Position numbers and translations under genes: made by a program. Under the pieces are notes generated by a model that searched no databases, was not told the DNA's origin, and worked only from the letters and a program-made list of their open reading frames with translations. Source: an uncultured Candidatus Poseidoniales archaeon (GTDB lineage Archaea; Thermoplasmatota; Poseidoniia; Poseidoniales; CAYMED01). Taken from it: a stretch of 64,000 bases of DNA. The stretch spans positions 1-64,000 of the forward strand of contig CAYMED010000011.1 in NCBI GenBank assembly GCA_964389655.1, given 5' to 3'. Position 1 is the stretch's first letter; each line of letters starts with the position of its first letter. Positions 59,625 through 64,000 of the stretch are shown piece by piece.

Positions 59625-59825
59625 TTACGGGTGATAAACGATAGGGTCTGGCTCAACACCATCTGTGGAGGGAGTCGCGCCAGTAATTAATTGGTAATGC
59701 TCCCAGCAATAATAGCGATCATCGACGACCATTGCTTGACCAAAAGTCAGACGGATCGAGCATTGATCACAGCGAACACCTATCTGCCCAGAATTGGGTT
59801 CAATACACATTGACTCACGGACCAT
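59625..59825 (-). CDS. Small zinc-finger protein (C-x2-C-x17-C-x2-H)
   Basis: RCDQCSIRLTFGQAMVVDDRYYCWEHY; co-oriented with and just upstream of priS; start set at ATG 59825. Confidence 0.65.
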   Translation of the reverse strand: MVRESMCIEPNSGQIGVRCDQCSIRLTFGQAMVVDDRYYCWEHYQLITGATPSTDGVEPDPIVYHP

Positions 59826-59906
59826 GTGCATCCGATGGCAACATGGTTCATGGAGTTGCGGGTCAAAGAACACAGTATTCATTTCATAGTGGCTCATCGT
59901 TAGGTT

Positions 59907-60380
59907 GTGGCGGCTCCAATTGACCCCTCTGGATTTGGATCAATCGACCCTGCGCCTTCCGCAAAACAAGGCAGCATTGAAGATCACCGCTCAGTTCTTT
60001 TGGATGCCGGCCTGCCCCTATTTACGCGATTTAGATCGTTATTTGCACTGAGGAATACAGGGGGTGTTGACGCAGTAGCTGCCTTGTGCGAGGCTTTCTC
60101 AGACAACTCTGCCCTTCTTCGCCATGAAGTTGCCTATGTACTGGGGCAAATGCAAGATTCATCTGCAATTGCTTGTCTCTCTAGTGTGCTAAGCAATCTT
60201 GACGAGCATGTAATGGTCCGCCATGAAGCTGCTGAGGCACTTGGTGCGATTGGGAACCCTTCTGTGAGGGGTTTGTTACAAAAGCACACAAAGGATCACT
60301 CTGTTGAGGTATCGGAATCCTGCTTGGTTGCTCTAGATCTACTTGATTGGCTCGAGTCAGATCGCCTGGAATACGCATAG
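59907..60380 (+). CDS. HEAT-repeat protein, half-length deoxyhypusine hydroxylase (DOHH)-like
   Basis: SIDPAP, PLFTRFRSLFALRN, SALLRHEVAYVLGQMQ, MVRHEAAEALGAIG, ESCLVALD, EYA all match motifs I recall from eukaryotic DOHH. Confidence 0.88.
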   Translation: MAAPIDPSGFGSIDPAPSAKQGSIEDHRSVLLDAGLPLFTRFRSLFALRNTGGVDAVAALCEAFSDNSALLRHEVAYVLGQMQDSSAIACLSSVLSNLDEHVMVRHEAAEALGAIGNPSVRGLLQKHTKDHSVEVSESCLVALDLLDWLESDRLEYA

Positions 60381-60386
60381 TCCCAA

Positions 60387-63194
60387 TCATTTCCGCGTCC
60401 ATAGCCAGTCATCAGTTGCCCATATTTTACGCAGTTCCTCGAATAAAATGACCGTTATTGCAACCCCTATCAATATAGGCCATCGATCCCAAGACAGCGG
60501 GATTGTTGACAAGAAATCGCCAATGGTGATCCCAACAAATGGGATCGGGATATTTGCCCCTTGGACTGTGATGAAAAGTAGAAAGCAACAGATGAGAAAT
60601 GAGATATTTATCGCTTTATTGGAAAAAAGGCCGAGACTCAGTATGCTTCTAGTGGTATTCCTGCAATTCATCACATTAAAGAGCTGAAATAGTATGAATA
60701 CTGCAAATGCTGCCGTCATGGCTTCACTAACATTTGCAGTGGCGAAGTCACCACCTGCAAAGACGTAGAAGACTGCTAGCGTACCAACTGTCATGACTGC
60801 GCCAAGATAGGAAATAAGTGCCATATCATTTGGCGTAGGGAGTCCTTCATTGCTAGGCCTCGGCGGCTCTTTCATGACTTCCCCATGGCGCTTTTCAACA
60901 CCTAGCGCCACGGCAGGGGGGCCATCCATTAGGATGTTGATCACCAATATTTGGGTTGCTGTGAGAGGGAGGGGCCACTGGAATACGAAAGTCGCCAAGA
61001 CAATAATCGCAACAGCAGCCACATTGGTGGATATCTGGTATCGAGCGAAATTACGAATATTGGTGTAAATTTTTCTTCCCTCTTCGACTGCTTGTACAAT
61101 ATTCGCGAAATTGTCATCCTGCAAGACCATGTCTGCTGCATCCCTCGCTACATCCGTTCCCGAAGTTCCCATTGCAATTCCAATATTTGCTCTGGCAAGG
61201 GCAGGGGCATCATTTACCCCGTCTCCAGTCATGGCCACTACATGGCCCATACCCTGTAATTGCTCAACGATCCGCATTTTCTGCTCAGGCGTAACCCGAC
61301 AGAACGCAGCAACATCTTCGATGACATCTACAAGTTCATCATCACCCATCTCTGCCAACTTAGCTCCAGTCAGGACAAGTTCATGTCCCTCGCGCATAAT
61401 TCCTACTTCCTGAGCAATTGCGCGTGCTGTTGCTTCTTGGTCACCTGTGATCATTTTTACCGAGATACCTGCTAGGTTGCACCTTTCCACTGCGTCAGCG
61501 GCCTCTTTACGTGGCGGGTCCATAATGCCTATTAGGCCTAGCAGAGTTAAGTTAGATTCAATCTCATCGACATTATCAAAATTTTCGCCGTCCTCAAGTG
61601 GGCGAGCGCAAATGCCCAAAACGCGCAGTGCATCTTTGGCAAAGCTTGTCTCAAGTTCGGATATCTTCTCACGTGCGCTTTTGTCAAATTCAGTAGTACT
61701 ACCGCCCATTCGCACATGTGATATTCGATCCATCATGAATGAAACCGCTCCCTTCGTAAACACCCAGTGGGTGTCATCAACAAGGTGAATTGTGGACATC
61801 CTTTTTCTGTCCGAATCGAAGAAAAGCTCATGCACTCGGGGACGTGCTTCACGCACGCGTTCAGGGGTTGCACCAATCCGCGCGGCAAAGACTGCTACTG
61901 CAATGTCAGTTGGGTCTCCAATCCCCTCCCATCCACTAGATCCGCGTCTGAGTGCTGCATCATTACACAAGCCAGTACAACGCACAAAATTTCGCAGGTC
62001 ATCATCTTCAAGTGCGAGTGCTCGCATTTGATCCCCATCAAATTCACCCTCGGATGTCTTGACCTTGCCATGTACCCCCTCTCCAACTACTTCCCAAGTT
62101 TCACCATCAAAGCATATGCGGCGAACAGTCATCTCATTCCTTGTAATTGTCCCCGTTTTGTCAGTACAAATGACAGTTGTTGAACCAAGTGTTTCAACTG
62201 CTTTCATCCGTCGAATAATTGCCTTATGCCGGGCCATATTACGCATACCTAAAGCAAGAGTGATGACAAGTATGATGGGCAATCCTTCAGGGACAATTGC
62301 AACAAATATGGCGATGGCGATCAGAAACTGGTCAAATGCGGCGCGACGCAGTTCATTCCCACGTGCTCCTTCAATCCAGGCGAATGTAAGTTCAAAAAGA
62401 ACCAATGCAACGGCAATCACAATTGCAATTGTGCCAAGGAATCGGCCAAGAGATTCCAACTTTATCTCCAAAGGAGTTTTGGGCGTTTTTGTTCCGCTAA
62501 CCCCACCGGCAATATGCCCCAATTCGGTTTCCATCCCTGTGTGAGCTACAACGGCAATACCCCGTCCAGCAACTACTGTGGAACCCATGTGACCCATGTT
62601 CACGCGATCATGTAAAAGCGCACCACCATCAACCACGTCCGCTCGTTTTTTGATGGGTTTCGACTCACCAGTAAGGGATGATTCGTCGATTCGTAGTTGA
62701 TAGGCCTCAAGAATTCTCACATCAGCAGGTACATTTTGGCCCGAACTAAGGTGAACAAGATCCCCTGGGACTAACTCGACTGTTGAGACGTTCAATTCCA
62801 CGCCATTTCTTGTAACCACGCAGTTGCTGACTGACATTTTCTTCAGAGCCTCCATTGCCTGCTCTGCTTGATTCTCTTGCCAATATCCGAAAAACGCGTT
62901 TCCCGTGAGGACGAGCCAGATGAAAATCGAATCTCCAAGTTCCCCGATTAGCACTGAAATTACACTTGCGGCCAGTAGTAAGTAGACCATAGGATCCTGA
63001 AATTGTGCGATAAATTTGAGCCAAGCGGGAGTTGGTTCTGGCTCATCCAATTGGTTTAGACCATACTCTTGACGCCTCTTTTCCACCTCGGGCGAAGAGA
63101 GGCCATCTTTGGTAGAACCAAGGGCATCAAGGCTGGCATCAGGGGGAAGGGCATAAACGCGTTTTTCCTCCTTTGGCAACTGTCCACCCACCAC
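60387..63194 (-). CDS. P2A-type cation-transporting ATPase (Ca2+/Mn2+, SPCA-like)
   Basis: DESSLTGES, VPEGLP, CTDKTGT, KGA, MDPPR, MITGD, MTGDGVNDAPAL, INILMDGPPA. Confidence 0.94.
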   Translation of the reverse strand: MVGGQLPKEEKRVYALPPDASLDALGSTKDGLSSPEVEKRRQEYGLNQLDEPEPTPAWLKFIAQFQDPMVYLLLAASVISVLIGELGDSIFIWLVLTGNAFFGYWQENQAEQAMEALKKMSVSNCVVTRNGVELNVSTVELVPGDLVHLSSGQNVPADVRILEAYQLRIDESSLTGESKPIKKRADVVDGGALLHDRVNMGHMGSTVVAGRGIAVVAHTGMETELGHIAGGVSGTKTPKTPLEIKLESLGRFLGTIAIVIAVALVLFELTFAWIEGARGNELRRAAFDQFLIAIAIFVAIVPEGLPIILVITLALGMRNMARHKAIIRRMKAVETLGSTTVICTDKTGTITRNEMTVRRICFDGETWEVVGEGVHGKVKTSEGEFDGDQMRALALEDDDLRNFVRCTGLCNDAALRRGSSGWEGIGDPTDIAVAVFAARIGATPERVREARPRVHELFFDSDRKRMSTIHLVDDTHWVFTKGAVSFMMDRISHVRMGGSTTEFDKSAREKISELETSFAKDALRVLGICARPLEDGENFDNVDEIESNLTLLGLIGIMDPPRKEAADAVERCNLAGISVKMITGDQEATARAIAQEVGIMREGHELVLTGAKLAEMGDDELVDVIEDVAAFCRVTPEQKMRIVEQLQGMGHVVAMTGDGVNDAPALARANIGIAMGTSGTDVARDAADMVLQDDNFANIVQAVEEGRKIYTNIRNFARYQISTNVAAVAIIVLATFVFQWPLPLTATQILVINILMDGPPAVALGVEKRHGEVMKEPPRPSNEGLPTPNDMALISYLGAVMTVGTLAVFYVFAGGDFATANVSEAMTAAFAVFILFQLFNVMNCRNTTRSILSLGLFSNKAINISFLICCFLLFITVQGANIPIPFVGITIGDFLSTIPLSWDRWPILIGVAITVILFEELRKIWATDDWLWTRK

Positions 63195-63285
63195 CGGCAG
63201 AGCCTATCAATATTTGAAGGGCTGCTCATCAAAAAATACTCATCTTTCATCAAAGGTATTGAAGTGTACATGCATACCGCGCCTC

Positions 63286-64000
63286 GTGAATGATAGCGTA
63301 GATGCCGTGGTCATCGACCCTGCGCCACGTGAATTAACCCCTAAAGTCTTCATTGTAGGGATTATTCTAGGAATTTTGATGACTGCAACAAATGCCTATC
63401 TTGGCCTTACTGCTGGCATGACTGTTTCGGCATCCATCCCTGCAGCCGTAATTTCCATGCTTGCGCTGCGGGGATTGCAACGTATTCCCGAAATTAATGT
63501 CGGAGGAAAGAGGCTATCTGTTGATGATGTAACTATCCTTGAAAACAACGCCGTACAAACAATGGCTTCAGCGGGTGAGAGTCTTGCAGCGGGAGTGATT
63601 TTCACAATCCCCGCCCTATTGGTCATGGGGATATGGGATAAGATCGAGTTACTTGACACATTCATAATCGCAATGCTTGGAGGCATACTAGGTACAATGT
63701 TTACAATATCTCTCCGCAAGATATTCATTGTTGAAGAGGCGCTTCCCTATCCAGAAGGGGTCGCGTGCAGTGATGTATTGATTGCAGGAGAGAAAGGGGG
63801 GAAAGGGTTACGCACAGTAGTGCATGCTTTGGGCATTGGTGCAATTTTCGGCTGGATGGTTAAGGGATTTCACCTAGTAAAGGAAAGAGTAGCAGGTGCT
63901 GTTGGTGCGGGGGACCTCCGTTTTTATGCTGGTGCTGACCTTAGCCTTGCCTTGGTATCCGTTGGAGCAATTGTCGGTTTGCGCATAGCTGGGTTTATTC
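63286..64000 (+). CDS. OPT family oligopeptide transporter, N-terminal part only (runs off the right edge; absent from the ORF track)
   Basis: Frame from GTG 63286 reads RELT..ATNAYLGLTAGMTVSASIPAAVISM..LENNAVQTMASAGESLAAGVIFTIPAL..LPYPEGVAC. Confidence 0.92.
   Translation, partial: MNDSVDAVVIDPAPRELTPKVFIVGIILGILMTATNAYLGLTAGMTVSASIPAAVISMLALRGLQRIPEINVGGKRLSVDDVTILENNAVQTMASAGESLAAGVIFTIPALLVMGIWDKIELLDTFIIAMLGGILGTMFTISLRKIFIVEEALPYPEGVACSDVLIAGEKGGKGLRTVVHALGIGAIFGWMVKGFHLVKERVAGAVGAGDLRFYAGADLSLALVSVGAIVGLRIAGFI

Noticed and set aside
59826-59906. Remnant or frameshifted N-terminal half of DOHH
   Set aside because: Only about 80 bp separate it from the divergent Zn-finger gene, and no HE-motif coding is seen there; a TATA-like TTTCATAG lies about 25 nt before the GTG

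Overview
Archaeal chromosomal DNA, most consistent with Marine Group II Euryarchaeota (Ca. Poseidoniales). This is inferred from DGGGP synthase, PriS, a GPN-loop GTPase, CCA-less archaeal tRNAs, a bacterial-type cold-shock protein and giant thrombospondin type 3 (TSP3)-repeat surface proteins. The window holds about 38 CDSs and two tRNAs (Glu-CTC, Gln-TTG). It includes housekeeping genes (argF, nth, pruA, metG, priS, hbd), many secreted or membrane-anchored hydrolases (M28, S8, CocE/NonD, LTD-amidohydrolase) and a complete 16-kb starch/glycogen utilisation locus (GH57, MalQ, GlgP, GH13, MalEFGK). No CRISPR array, integrase or transposase was seen. The top finding is a stand-alone half-length homologue of eukaryotic deoxyhypusine hydroxylase (DOHH) at 59907-60380, with both His-Glu motifs intact, which could work as a homodimer. 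Other notable items are WW-like cytoplasmic tails on two giant surface proteins alongside polyproline proteins, tandem SCO paralogues with different inserted domains, a degenerate PstS-like domain inside an adhesin, and a candidate structured RNA. All homology calls are by eye and from recall; no searches were run.
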